From: a virus
Taxonomy: Duplodnaviria; Caudoviricetes
Strand: one strand, 5' to 3'
Length of the DNA stretch: 63,248 bases
Virus record (IMG/VR): IMGVR_UViG_3300019887_000001
Coordinates: 1 to 63,248 of that record
Part shown: positions 7,783-17,648 of the stretch, piece by piece
Layout of the letters: each line of letters begins with the position of its first letter
Position numbering within the stretch: the first letter of the stretch is position 1
Notes under the pieces: model-generated
The model's input: only the letters and a program-made list of their open reading frames with translations
Told to the model about the DNA's origin: nothing
Database searches by the model: none
Made by a program: the position numbers and the translations under genes

Positions 7783-10170
7783 TCACTGCGTCTGCCCGAG
7801 CATCTGCGGCGCCGCGACGACGCCACCGGACGGCATCGCCGCCGGCGCGCCTGTCGCGCCAGCAACACGGGCCTGCGGCCCTGTTCCGAGAGCTCCTGCC
7901 ATTACCCCACCCATCGCGGACTGCGCGACGTTGCCAACCTCGACACCCGCGTTCCCCGGCGGCACGCCCCCGTCTGACTGGTTGAGCAGGTCCGTCGGGC
8001 GGGCAGGCATCAAAGCTGTAGGGACACCGCCTGGACCCATCTTGCCCTGCTGCTGCAGGTTGGCGATCGTGGTCATCTCCGTGTCACCCTGGATCTTCGC
8101 CGCCAGCTTCCACACGAGCTGCTGCCCGTTCGGCGACTTGAGCGCGGTCTCGACGTTGATGCGGTCGACCTCCTCGTCGGGTTGCTCTTCGCCCCAGCCT
8201 TCCTGCAACCACGTGTACAGGCTGAGCGCGCCACCCTTCCACCACTGAAACATTCCCTGAGCAAGTGGCAAGTTGCTGCCCTTGCGCATCGGGAAGATGA
8301 CCTCGACAGACCAGTCGCCGAGCAGGTCTTTGGTCGACAGCGGCAGCAGATCGTGATGCTTCTCCGTCTTCGGGTCGTATCGCGTGTAGACCGGGATCGG
8401 TTCGCCGAGCAGATCCGAGATGCTCGACGCCTGCTCGAGTAGGCACTCGGACGTGCGTTTCATCGCCGCCATCGCGCCCGCAAGGATCTGCCCGAGCGCG
8501 TTCTCGCCGGACGCCTGCGCGACCGCCTGAGAGAATCCGCCGTCGGCCGGATCACCTGAGGTCATCGACTGCGCCGGGCCGAACCGCTCGAGCAGATTGA
8601 GCGCCATGGTGACGAACCACGAGATGTCCTTGTCGACGCCCGCGTGGACGGCTGGCGTGATCTTGCCCGCGACATAGCTGACAGACCCACGGTGAACTTT
8701 GACCTTCATGGGCCGACCGTCTTCCGTCCAGAACTTCGGGTCGACCTGAGACGGGTCCGCGAACCACCCGCCGAAGCCGACCTCGTACGCGTGGTGGACC
8801 AGGCTCGACACCGTCTGATTCACGCCCATAATCAAACTGCTGAAGATGCTGAGCAGCGGAATGCCCTTCTTGTCGGGGTCGCGCTCGGAGGGATGATGAG
8901 CGCCGTAAAAGTACCCGCCGGGCACCTCGGTGATCCCGTACTGCTCGGCCAAATTCACGAAGGCCGTAGTCCGCTTGAGCTCTACGTCACCTGTGTCGGC
9001 GTTCTTGATCGGTTTGCGCAGATACGTGGGATAGACCTTGTTCGCCTGGCGGCTGTCCGCAGGAGCGTCGCCGACCTGATAAAAGATGCCGCCCGGCACA
9101 ACCAGCTCGTACAGGGTGACCTGCAGTCCCCCGCCCAACAGTACCGAGGTGGGACTATAGGAGCCGCCCTCGTCGTTGGGCGTGTCCTGGGCACCGATCA
9201 GGTCCCAGTCGAATCCGAGCGCCTTCAGGCTTCGAACACTGCGGACGGTGCGGACAAGTAACGCGTCGACCTTGCCGGTCGCCGGATCGACGCCGATCGG
9301 CAGGGTGATGTCTGCACTGAGCACCTCGACGACGAACGGTAAGGCGCGCGCCCGCGCGTCGGCCTCGTAATCGTCGAACGCTTTCGCGCTCTTGACGTAG
9401 TCGAGCTTGAACGCGTGCGGCTGATCGGCGTAGAACGCGTCGTCGGGGTCGCGCCCGTCCGCGTCGCGGGTGAAATACGGGTGGATCTTGGTGCCCGACG
9501 GGTCGTCGTCTTCTGGCTCGGTGAAGTCGAGCAGATGACTCCACGACGCCGGCCGCGGCAGCACCAGCAGTCCGTACTCGCCGTCGTTGGCACCATGCGC
9601 GACAAAGCTTTCCCACAGGTCTTCGCCGCCCGCGCGCAGCTCGCCGAGCACGCCAGACTTGCCGGGTGCGCCGAGCCAGTGCTCGACCTTGTCGGCGAGT
9701 CGCGTTGCCATCGGGCCGGGCCCCGACGGACGTCGCACCCCGGGTTTCTTCCGCACGAGGTACTGGATGATGTTCTGCACCATCAGCATCGAATGCGGGA
9801 TCGTCACGCGGAACGCGTCGGCGTTTTCGATGTCGAGCGGCACGTGCGGACGGATCTCGTTGCGGCGGAGTTGTCCCGCTTCGGCGATGCGGCGCCTCGA
9901 GCGGCGGAAGCGTGCGTAGTTGTCTTTCCACAGGTCGCCGAGGTCGAGCGTGCGCGCGTCGCTTGCGACAGCCGTCTGTCGCGATCCGCCGGGGCCCGCC
10001 CACGTCGCGGTCCTCGTCTTCGGTCGGCGGGGCGTGCGTTCGATCGCCTTCGACTGCGGTGCTTCGGACGTGCCGGAGGTCGTCGAGGTGTCCGTGCCGA
10101 CCTGCTGCGAGGCAACCGGTCCGTGGCCGATGCGCGACTTGCCCTTGCCGCTGAGCTGCTGTTCGGCCAT
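7783..10170 (-). CDS. Portal protein
   Basis: 795 aa, downstream of terminase; GIPLL, alpha/beta core and Gln/Gly/Pro/Met-rich tail as in podoviral portals; assignment mainly by size and synteny. Confidence 0.72.
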   Translation of the reverse strand: MAEQQLSGKGKSRIGHGPVASQQVGTDTSTTSGTSEAPQSKAIERTPRRPKTRTATWAGPGGSRQTAVASDARTLDLGDLWKDNYARFRRSRRRIAEAGQLRRNEIRPHVPLDIENADAFRVTIPHSMLMVQNIIQYLVRKKPGVRRPSGPGPMATRLADKVEHWLGAPGKSGVLGELRAGGEDLWESFVAHGANDGEYGLLVLPRPASWSHLLDFTEPEDDDPSGTKIHPYFTRDADGRDPDDAFYADQPHAFKLDYVKSAKAFDDYEADARARALPFVVEVLSADITLPIGVDPATGKVDALLVRTVRSVRSLKALGFDWDLIGAQDTPNDEGGSYSPTSVLLGGGLQVTLYELVVPGGIFYQVGDAPADSRQANKVYPTYLRKPIKNADTGDVELKRTTAFVNLAEQYGITEVPGGYFYGAHHPSERDPDKKGIPLLSIFSSLIMGVNQTVSSLVHHAYEVGFGGWFADPSQVDPKFWTEDGRPMKVKVHRGSVSYVAGKITPAVHAGVDKDISWFVTMALNLLERFGPAQSMTSGDPADGGFSQAVAQASGENALGQILAGAMAAMKRTSECLLEQASSISDLLGEPIPVYTRYDPKTEKHHDLLPLSTKDLLGDWSVEVIFPMRKGSNLPLAQGMFQWWKGGALSLYTWLQEGWGEEQPDEEVDRINVETALKSPNGQQLVWKLAAKIQGDTEMTTIANLQQQGKMGPGGVPTALMPARPTDLLNQSDGGVPPGNAGVEVGNVAQSAMGGVMAGALGTGPQARVAGATGAPAAMPSGGVVAAPQMLGQTQ

Positions 10171-11687
10171 CAGGTGACGACGATACTGCCGATGTCGAGC
10201 GGGTTCGGCGCACCGATCATGATGAACCTCAGCGTGTAGCTGCCGGCCTTATTCGGGTTGACCACGCCGACCGGAAACGCCGTCTCGGTCTGGGCCACCG
10301 CCGCGTGGTCGCCGTATGCAACCACCGCACCGGTGCCGCTCAGCCACTCGTAGAACAGGTCGCTGCCGGTGGTCGTGAAGGTGAGCGGGATGACCCCATT
10401 GCCGCCGTGCGACGGGTTGCTGAGCGTGCCCGGCACGCTCCACGTCACCTCGACCGCGGGGACCGGCGTCGCAGTCCGTGTCGCGAGTGGCGGTGCTGTC
10501 GGCGTGCTCAGAACTGCGGGAGTTGGCGTCGCGGTTGGCTGCGGGTTGCCGCCGCCGCCGATGCCGCTGATCTGGTTCGGGATGTCCGCGCTGCACTGGC
10601 CGTTGTTGATGTCGGCGATGCAGGAATTAATTTCTCCGATCCACTGTGGCCTCACGATGGCGTTGCCGTTCGTAAAGCTCGACGACACAATCGTCACCTT
10701 CTTGCCGGAAACCCCACCGTCAAGCATGCTCGAGAGGATCAGCGCCTGCGACGCCGCGGTAATCGCGTGGATGGACTCAGGCAGCGCGCGGTGCGGGTTC
10801 AGCGTGTCGACGGTATTGCTACCGATGACCGTCAGCAGCGTCGGCGCCGCGGCTCCGCCGTACTGCACCCAGTACTGGGTGCGCGATCCGTATTCCTCGC
10901 GCCAGCCGACGATCGTCTCCTGGCCCGGCGTCGACAGGTAGAACGTCGTGTTGTTGTTGCTGCCCGCGCCATTCAGGAACTGGTTGCCGTACGCGTCGGT
11001 CGAATACACGCCGTAGTCGTTCTCGGCCAGGTTGAGCTGGGTGAACACGTTGTCGAGCGTGTTGAACGTGACCAGCAGCACGCCGATGTGATTCTGCGAA
11101 GCGCCGATGTTCCTGAACGCGTTCTCCGCCGCCGATCCGGACGTACGCGGGTCGCCGACGCTGAGCCCAACTCCGTAGTGCTCGAAGCTCAGGTTGTGAA
11201 AGTCGACGCCCTCCGTGCCGAGTCCCGGCGACGCGTTGCCGATCGTCAGGCCGACGTGGTTCGGGTCGCTGTCGCCAGCCGGTCCGCCGCTGAACTTCAG
11301 CCCGCCGAACGTGCCCTTGATGTAGTTCTGGATGGTCAGCGCGTGCTCGCCAGGAAACGAGTTGATGACCGCGAGCTCGGGCCCGTCGCCGCGCACCTCG
11401 CCGTAGATCGGCGCGTTACCCGGACGGATCATGTAGAGCGGATGCACGAGATAGTGGCCGCTGCCAAAATCGAGCACGCCGCCGGTGTCGACCTGCTGGT
11501 TGGACAACCACTGGTCGATCGCGGCCTGGACCGCGGCCGTGTCGTCGGTCGTGCCGTTGCCGACCGCGTAATCTCGCACCTTGACGACGTTGTTCGGCGC
11601 ACTCACCACGTCCACCGGTGCGGCCCGGAAGCCGAACCCGGAACCGATCAGCGGCAGGAAAACGATCAGCCAGCGGATCGGACTCAC
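10170..11687 (-). CDS. Pectate-lyase-like beta-helix protein with N-terminal signal peptide
   Basis: VKVRDYAVGNGTTDDTAAVQAAID...LDFGSGHYLV; hydrophobic N-terminus; PT linker and small C-terminal domain. Confidence 0.75.
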   Translation of the reverse strand: MSPIRWLIVFLPLIGSGFGFRAAPVDVVSAPNNVVKVRDYAVGNGTTDDTAAVQAAIDQWLSNQQVDTGGVLDFGSGHYLVHPLYMIRPGNAPIYGEVRGDGPELAVINSFPGEHALTIQNYIKGTFGGLKFSGGPAGDSDPNHVGLTIGNASPGLGTEGVDFHNLSFEHYGVGLSVGDPRTSGSAAENAFRNIGASQNHIGVLLVTFNTLDNVFTQLNLAENDYGVYSTDAYGNQFLNGAGSNNNTTFYLSTPGQETIVGWREEYGSRTQYWVQYGGAAAPTLLTVIGSNTVDTLNPHRALPESIHAITAASQALILSSMLDGGVSGKKVTIVSSSFTNGNAIVRPQWIGEINSCIADINNGQCSADIPNQISGIGGGGNPQPTATPTPAVLSTPTAPPLATRTATPVPAVEVTWSVPGTLSNPSHGGNGVIPLTFTTTGSDLFYEWLSGTGAVVAYGDHAAVAQTETAFPVGVVNPNKAGSYTLRFIMIGAPNPLDIGSIVVT

Positions 11688-13612
11688 TGGTCGGAGCTGT
11701 ACCTGACGATATTGGTGCCGTCGCCCGCGAGGATGCAGCGCTTACCCTGGCCGACGACGATGCCGGTCCCCGTCGCGCCCTTCACCGTCAGCGTGAACGC
11801 GCCGGTCGTGTTGTTAAAAATTCGGTATTCCTTGCCGGACGCCTTGTCGACGATGACGTTGATGTTCGCCGTGATCGCGCCCGTGTACTGGTGCTGCGTG
11901 TACGCGTTGAGCTCGGGCGACAGCACCACGTCCGCGGCTCCCGCGACGCTCCACACCAGCTCCTGGCGAATACCCTCCCAGATCAGCCCGGGTAGCTGCG
12001 GATTTGGCGGTAGGTAATTACAGATGCTGATCTTGTCAATCCGATTCAGCGCGACCTGATCCGCGGTGAGCGGTGAGCCCTGGTTCGCAACGGGCGGGTA
12101 GCGCACCGCGCTGCGCCCACTGCCAGAAATGATGCCCGAGCGGATGTAGCCGAAGTCGACGTACTCAAACATGCAGTCGGCTGGCATAACCTGCCACACG
12201 CCCGAGTAGTCGAACGTGATCGCGGTCATGTGCCCGGTGCCGGTTGGATTGCCGACCGACTCGAACGCCAGGTGACGGAAGCGCATGTTGTCGCAGGTCT
12301 GCAGATAGATGCCGTACAGATGGACCGTGTCGGTGATCGGCGCGGTGACGATCAGCACGTTCTCCCAGTGGTCGAACCAGCAGTCGGTCGTCGCGGCGAC
12401 GCCGTTGCCCAGTACGTAGATGCCTCTGGCAAACGTGATGTCCGGGATCTGAACCGTCCAGTTCTTGTAGGTGTTCGCGCTGTGGTTCGGGCCGATCGCG
12501 ATTGGTGCCAGAGATTGCAGCGGATGGATGTAGTGACCTGCCGTGCTGCAGCCGGCAATGGTGACGTTGAAGCTGTCGCCACCCTGAACGGCAGACTCTT
12601 CTAGCCCGACCGCCGCGGTAGGGTAAATCGAAACCGTCCCGCCGGTGAACGCTGCCGGGCTGGTGGCGTTGGTAATCGTCGCCACGTTCGAGGTGACCGT
12701 GGCGATGACGTAATTTCCGTTCCAGGTGTCATTGGCCCCACTGATAAGGATCCTGGCCCCAGCGGTCATCGCCGTGCCGCCAGGCATCGTGACGGTCCAC
12801 TTCGTTCCGTCGGCAACGACGGCCCCAGCCGTGAGTACAGTGCCCGCCCAGCTCCCGACACCGTCGATGTACAGGTTCTGGATGCCCCAACCCATGAACG
12901 GGCCAGCCACCCTCATCAGGGTCATCCCGTTGGTGCCCGCGAACAATCTCGTCGTGCCGCGATCGACGCCGTTCACGTTCAGCCAGAAGTTGTTCGGCCA
13001 CGGTCCCTGCGGGTAGCCACCCTTGAGCACCATGCCCATCTGGGTCGACATGCCCGCGCTCTGCCCGCCGTTGCCGAGATTGATCGTGGTGTTGCACCGA
13101 TAGTCGCCGGGCGGCACGTACACCTCGCCACCCGTCGCCGGCAGCGCCGCCAGAGCCGCGTTGAGCGCCGGCGACGAGTCGGCAGCGCCGGTCGGGTCGG
13201 CGCCGAAGTCAATTGCGTTCAGGACGTGCGACGATGAGCGCATGGTGCCCGTGCCGAGCGCGGTGCCCTTGATCGTCCCGCCGTCGTTGGCCCACACCCG
13301 AAGCGACCCGTTGGTGGTGTCCTTGAAGATCGCGAACTGGCCAACCGGAATGTCGGCAGTGGTCGGCAGTCCAGCCTTGGTGCGAATCGCAACGGTCGTC
13401 ACGTCGGAACCGAGCGCGGCCCCGGTCGCTGCGCCCGCGGCCAGCTTCGCCGCGGTGACTGCACCCGAGGCGATGACGTTCGACCCGGCTGAGCCGGTGA
13501 CGTCGCCGGCGAGTGTGCCGCCGCCTCCGCCGCCACCCTCGACAGCAATCAACGCTGCTACCAACTCACTCTTCCGTCGCAACGCGAGCGGGGTTACGTC
13601 GTCACCAGGCAT
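11684..13612 (-). CDS. Tailspike/depolymerase, beta-helix
   Basis: NAIDFGADPTGAADSSPALNAALAA...GGEVYVPPGDY; LAGDVTG fibre motif at N-terminus. Confidence 0.8.
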   Translation of the reverse strand: MPGDDVTPLALRRKSELVAALIAVEGGGGGGGTLAGDVTGSAGSNVIASGAVTAAKLAAGAATGAALGSDVTTVAIRTKAGLPTTADIPVGQFAIFKDTTNGSLRVWANDGGTIKGTALGTGTMRSSSHVLNAIDFGADPTGAADSSPALNAALAALPATGGEVYVPPGDYRCNTTINLGNGGQSAGMSTQMGMVLKGGYPQGPWPNNFWLNVNGVDRGTTRLFAGTNGMTLMRVAGPFMGWGIQNLYIDGVGSWAGTVLTAGAVVADGTKWTVTMPGGTAMTAGARILISGANDTWNGNYVIATVTSNVATITNATSPAAFTGGTVSIYPTAAVGLEESAVQGGDSFNVTIAGCSTAGHYIHPLQSLAPIAIGPNHSANTYKNWTVQIPDITFARGIYVLGNGVAATTDCWFDHWENVLIVTAPITDTVHLYGIYLQTCDNMRFRHLAFESVGNPTGTGHMTAITFDYSGVWQVMPADCMFEYVDFGYIRSGIISGSGRSAVRYPPVANQGSPLTADQVALNRIDKISICNYLPPNPQLPGLIWEGIRQELVWSVAGAADVVLSPELNAYTQHQYTGAITANINVIVDKASGKEYRIFNNTTGAFTLTVKGATGTGIVVGQGKRCILAGDGTNIVRYSSDQ

Positions 13613-13624
13613 GTGGAGACTCCT

Positions 13625-15292
13625 CTATCGCATGCCCGCGAGGGCAGCTTTCTGCCAGTCGGGAATCTCTGCGGATCCTTCCTGGTACTGAATGGGGCTC
13701 GAGTGGCCGAGCAAAATCTTCTGACCGCGAATGCGCTCGAGCTTCTCCACCGCGAGCCTGATCAGATACGCCAGGGTGTCAACCTGATCGTCGTGTTGCG
13801 ATTTTGGAAATTGGCTCATCTCGCGCGACAGCGCCGGCCACCAGCGCGAGCGACGGTCAACCGTGATCAGGCCGGCTTTCGCGCGACCGGGGATAATCTG
13901 CGCTCGGGTCACTTTGTCCGCGTCGGCGATGACGACCTCGAACGTGCAGGTGAAGTTGCGGTCCTCGCAGTACGTCTGCAGGCGCCGACACAGATCCATC
14001 GTCGCGCCCTCGCGTTCGTACGCCCGTTTTTCTATGCCGACGATGATCGGCCGCCACAGCAGGATCCAGTCGCCGATGGCTTCCTCGTGGCGACGATCGC
14101 CGAGGTGCTCGCGGAACACGTCGATGAGGTGAATGCGTGGTAGGACCGCGGAGCGTTCGACCGCACCGAGCATCCCGACAGTCCAGTCGCTCGTCTCGGA
14201 GTCCGAGTAGTTGAGGTCAAACGACATGATGAGGTCGACCGTTGACGCCTCGAGCTGCGGGGTCTGCACAAACCACTCGGGGTTGAGCACCATCCCCGCG
14301 CGTGGTGTCGGGCGCTGCTGATACTGGCTCGAGTACGCGTAGGGACCGAGCTCAATCTTGCGGCGTTCGATGGTCTCGCGGGAATATCGCAGCGGCGTCA
14401 GCAGCGCGCCGTCGACGCTGCGCGGGTCATGCGGCCGATGCGTTAGGCTGCACACGCCGGTACGCGGTGCAGCTTGATCAACTGCCGTAAGTGCGTGGCC
14501 CTCCGGGTGGCGCGTAGCCGCGGCCGGTACCTCGTACTCCTCCTGGAGCTCGATGTGGTGAACCGTCGGGCCCTCGCGGTCGAGCCAGTCCGCGGACGCG
14601 TCTTCTTCGTGCACACGCTGGCCGATGATGACCCGACAACCACCCGGCAGTACCCGCGACGGATACACCTCGCGGAGCGTCGTCAGCACGCCGTTTCGCA
14701 CAAGGTCGGACTCTGCCTGCTCAACGTTGTGCGGGTCGTCGATCAGCACGCGGTGCGCGTGGTTGCCCGTGTTGCCGCCCGCGATCGACGTCGCGATCCG
14801 CCACCCGGTCGCGTCGTTCAGGTAGTAGCCCTTGACATTCTGGTCAGACGCGAAATCCCACGGAACGCCCTTCTGCGCCGCGTACCACGGGCTCATCATC
14901 AGTCGCCTGGTCCGAACCGCGTCGCGTAACGCGAGCGTGTCCTTGTAGGACGAGGTCAGCCAGCGCGTCCACGGGGCCCACGTCCACTCCCAGGCCGGCC
15001 AGAAGACCGCGGTCACGAGCGACTTGCTCGACCCTGGCGGCTCGTTGATCAGCAGGTCTCGCTCGTCGAGCTGGCCCATCGACAGCGCCTGCAGGTGCTC
15101 ACAGAGCATGTCGATGTGCCAGCCGCCAACGAACGGCACCGCCGGCTCGAGGATCTTCCACGCGCCGCGGACGAAGTCGTTGAGATCGATCTCGGGATGC
15201 GCGTCAGCCGGCGGGGTCCACGGCTCCGTTTCGAGGAGTTCGATGCTCGGCGCTGCCGCTATTGCCGTTTCCGTTGTCGTCGCCAGTGCCAA
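13625..15292 (-). CDS. terL: Terminase large subunit
   Basis: Walker A NEPPGSSKS, Walker B VLIDDPH, YQQRP, nuclease SFD...HDDQVD; start uncertain (frame open to 15517; TTG 15292 chosen to limit overlap with terS). Confidence 0.95.
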   Translation of the reverse strand: MALATTTETAIAAAPSIELLETEPWTPPADAHPEIDLNDFVRGAWKILEPAVPFVGGWHIDMLCEHLQALSMGQLDERDLLINEPPGSSKSLVTAVFWPAWEWTWAPWTRWLTSSYKDTLALRDAVRTRRLMMSPWYAAQKGVPWDFASDQNVKGYYLNDATGWRIATSIAGGNTGNHAHRVLIDDPHNVEQAESDLVRNGVLTTLREVYPSRVLPGGCRVIIGQRVHEEDASADWLDREGPTVHHIELQEEYEVPAAATRHPEGHALTAVDQAAPRTGVCSLTHRPHDPRSVDGALLTPLRYSRETIERRKIELGPYAYSSQYQQRPTPRAGMVLNPEWFVQTPQLEASTVDLIMSFDLNYSDSETSDWTVGMLGAVERSAVLPRIHLIDVFREHLGDRRHEEAIGDWILLWRPIIVGIEKRAYEREGATMDLCRRLQTYCEDRNFTCTFEVVIADADKVTRAQIIPGRAKAGLITVDRRSRWWPALSREMSQFPKSQHDDQVDTLAYLIRLAVEKLERIRGQKILLGHSSPIQYQEGSAEIPDWQKAALAGMR

Positions 15293-15695
15293 GCGACGGT
15301 CGACCCTCGGGATGATCTGGATCGGGCGTCTGTGCGTCGTCAGGTCCAGCGGGGCGGGGTCGGAAACTAGCGACGATCCTAACGACTTGATCCCAAGAGA
15401 CTTCATCGAGGCGGGCCAGAGCCTCACCCGTCTGTTTTTCGATCCAGTCAGGTCGCGCAGTAACGAGGGCTCGAGATCGAATTCCGCGGAGGGTCTCGAC
15501 GACCGTGTCGAAGACAAGATTGCCTAGTTCTTCCTGCGACCTGAGCCCCACCCGGGGCCCATCCTGGTCGTACCAGCGCTCGATGGTCTGGTGAGAGACC
15601 TGCAGGTCGCGCCCGATCGTGCGCGCGCTCTCGCCGAACGTGCGACGTTTGATGGCTTCGGCGCGAAGAGCCGCCGTGTACCGACGTCTTGGCAT
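15204..15695 (-). CDS. terS: Terminase small subunit (N-terminal HTH)
   Basis: ESARTIGRDLQVSHQTIERW HTH, directly upstream of terL; GAGG RBS. Confidence 0.75.
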   Translation of the reverse strand: MPRRRYTAALRAEAIKRRTFGESARTIGRDLQVSHQTIERWYDQDGPRVGLRSQEELGNLVFDTVVETLRGIRSRALVTARPDWIEKQTGEALARLDEVSWDQVVRIVASFRPRPAGPDDAQTPDPDHPEGRPSLGTGDDNGNGNSGSAEHRTPRNGAVDPAG

Positions 15696-15847
15696 GTCAC
15701 CTCGGAGCGATCATCCTTCTGCAAAGGTGAGCGTTCGCCCGCGGTCGGTCGGGGTGTTCGCGCGCTGCTGTGTGCGAGTATGCGCGCGACGAGGTCTTGC
15801 TCGCCCCGCCTGACTGGGCGGTTTGTTCGCGGTCTTATGCTGTGGGC

Positions 15848-16378
15848 GTGGTCGCGCTCGTCCCCGACAACATCCCAGGCGAGCTCAAGAGCCTGGACCG
15901 CTGGTGCCTGTGGCGCTACGAAGAGGACGATTCGGGCCGAATCAGCAAGCCCCCCTACCAGGCTCGCGCACCGAGTCTACGCGCGTGGCCGAACGACCCG
16001 GACACCTGGGCGCCGTTCTGGCAAGCATTGAATGCGCACAACACCACCCGCCGCTCGGACGGCATCGCCATCGCACTGGAGCCCGACCTCGGCATCCTTG
16101 GCATCGATCTGGATTACCTCGACCGTTGGACTGACCGCGACCAGCCGTGGGACATCGTGCGCACGATCAACTCGTACACCGAACTGTCGCCGTCACTGAA
16201 CGGCTATCGGATCTTCTGCTACGCCGACATGCCCGAGGGTCGCCGCGTGCGAGATTTCGTGCAACTCAGTAATCAGCGAATTTTCACCGTGACGGGCAAC
16301 ACCCTGAACGTCAGCCGCCACCTCGAGCATCGTCAGGCTCAGGTGGACGAGGTGCATCACGTATTTCTCGGTACATGA
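15848..16378 (+). CDS. Stand-alone primase-polymerase (AEP/NrS-1-like) domain
   Basis: IPGELKSLDRWCLWR..KPPY, GIDLD, SYTELSPS.NG.R motifs; TATGCT-6nt-GTG leaderless start. Confidence 0.8.
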   Translation: MVALVPDNIPGELKSLDRWCLWRYEEDDSGRISKPPYQARAPSLRAWPNDPDTWAPFWQALNAHNTTRRSDGIAIALEPDLGILGIDLDYLDRWTDRDQPWDIVRTINSYTELSPSLNGYRIFCYADMPEGRRVRDFVQLSNQRIFTVTGNTLNVSRHLEHRQAQVDEVHHVFLGT

Positions 16379-16559
16379 CCACGCCGACCGCGGTCGGATG
16401 ATCGATCACCTTCTCGACGAGGATCTGGCGACCTGACGCGCCAACGCGCCACAGATACACGTTCGGACTGAGCATGCCCATCTCGTCGAGGTACGCCTGG
16501 GTCGTCCACCCGCACTGAAGACGGTCGGCGATCGCAGCCGCGAAGATCTCACTGCACAT
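16311..16559 (-). CDS. Hypothetical protein
   Basis: Continues minus-strand operon; 3' end overlaps prim-pol gene. Confidence 0.4.
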   Translation of the reverse strand: MCSEIFAAAIADRLQCGWTTQAYLDEMGMLSPNVYLWRVGASGRQILVEKVIDHPTAVGVVMYREIRDAPRPPEPDDARGGG

Positions 16560-17052
16560 CGAACTCGACCGAGCGCCACGGCACCACGTGGTAATAGTGC
16601 GCCGCGATCGCCGTCGCCGACGCGTCCAGGTAGTACGTGCCCGGCGGGAACGAGGTCGGGATATTGTCGATCACGGTGCGCGTGTCGTGGCAGCCAACGG
16701 TAAACGTGATCGTCGTCGTGTTGAGCGCCGCCCGCGTCTTGCCGTCGATCGAAACGAGCGACCGTTTACTTTCGACCTGCACGGTCGGTCCGCCGAACAC
16801 GTCGGAGTAGCACACGTGAAACTCGCCGACGAGCTGGTCGCCTGGATGCAGCGTCGGATGCAGGTCCGAAAAGTCCCAGTGGGCCGCGTCGGACGGATTC
16901 GACGCCAGCCGAAGCGGCAATTCCTCGAACTGCTCGGGCGACGGCGCGAACGTGTCGAGCAGGATCGGCGACCCGATCGCGCCCATGATCATCACCGTCA
17001 GCCCGCCGAAGAACAGCGCGAGCCAGACGGTCAGTTGCTTACTCTGGACCAT
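16549..17052 (-). CDS. Membrane-anchored protein with Ig-like beta domain
   Basis: N-terminal TM; IPTSFPPGTYYLDA C-terminal strand motif. Confidence 0.6.
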   Translation of the reverse strand: MVQSKQLTVWLALFFGGLTVMIMGAIGSPILLDTFAPSPEQFEELPLRLASNPSDAAHWDFSDLHPTLHPGDQLVGEFHVCYSDVFGGPTVQVESKRSLVSIDGKTRAALNTTTITFTVGCHDTRTVIDNIPTSFPPGTYYLDASATAIAAHYYHVVPWRSVEFDVQ

Positions 17053-17329
17053 CGGTCGGCTTGTCCTGACCCAGCTTCTCGGCGACGCTGTGAACGTCCG
17101 AGCGGATCTGCTCGGTTGACTGCAGGAGCAGTTCAGTCAGGTGCTCAACCTGGGCGAGCAACAGCGCGCGCTGCTCTTCCGAATGCTTGAGCTCTATTTC
17201 GAGTGCCGTCACGCGATCGCGGAGCGCGTCGACCTGGGCCGAGTCGGCCTTTTGCAGTAGGCCGACCGCGGTAAACATCAGCGTGGCGACGCTCAGGACG
17301 ATGCCGAGCACGGGCGCGAGGTCGATCAC
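17039..17329 (-). CDS. TM plus coiled-coil protein (lysis-module type)
   Basis: One N-terminal TM followed by heptad repeats. Confidence 0.6.
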   Translation of the reverse strand: MIDLAPVLGIVLSVATLMFTAVGLLQKADSAQVDALRDRVTALEIELKHSEEQRALLLAQVEHLTELLLQSTEQIRSDVHSVAEKLGQDKPTDGPE

Positions 17330-17607
17330 GAACGAATGAGCTTGTCGCCGAGCCCGGTTTTTTCTAAGAGTCCCACGATTGCGCCTGGACCGACGGCGAT
17401 CGGCGCGAACAGCAGAAACCCGTCCGCGGTAACGGCGGGCTCAGCGCGGTTCGGGCGACCGCTATTGAGCCCGCGCCAGTGGAAAGGCACGTGACACTCG
17501 GAGCACCGCACGCTGATTGCCACGTACAGCCAGGGAGGCTTGTCGTCGAAAACGTCGGTGACTTCCGGACTGAATTCCAGTTCAGAATGAGGGCAGTCCG
17601 GAGTCAT
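17326..17607 (-). CDS. Hypothetical Zn-binding protein
   Basis: CPH...RCSECHVPFHW. Confidence 0.6.
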   Translation of the reverse strand: MTPDCPHSELEFSPEVTDVFDDKPPWLYVAISVRCSECHVPFHWRGLNSGRPNRAEPAVTADGFLLFAPIAVGPGAIVGLLEKTGLGDKLIRS

Positions 17608-17648
17608 CGCATCAGTGCAGCGTCTGCGTGGTTCTACTCAGGTTCTAC

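Noticed and set aside
2178-12017. Long plus-strand ORFs such as 2178-3638, 9415-10239 and 10305-12017 (also 51676-52617, 53178-54407, 62206-63237)
   Set aside because: Shadow frames of GC-rich minus-strand genes; Arg/Gly-rich with no motifs
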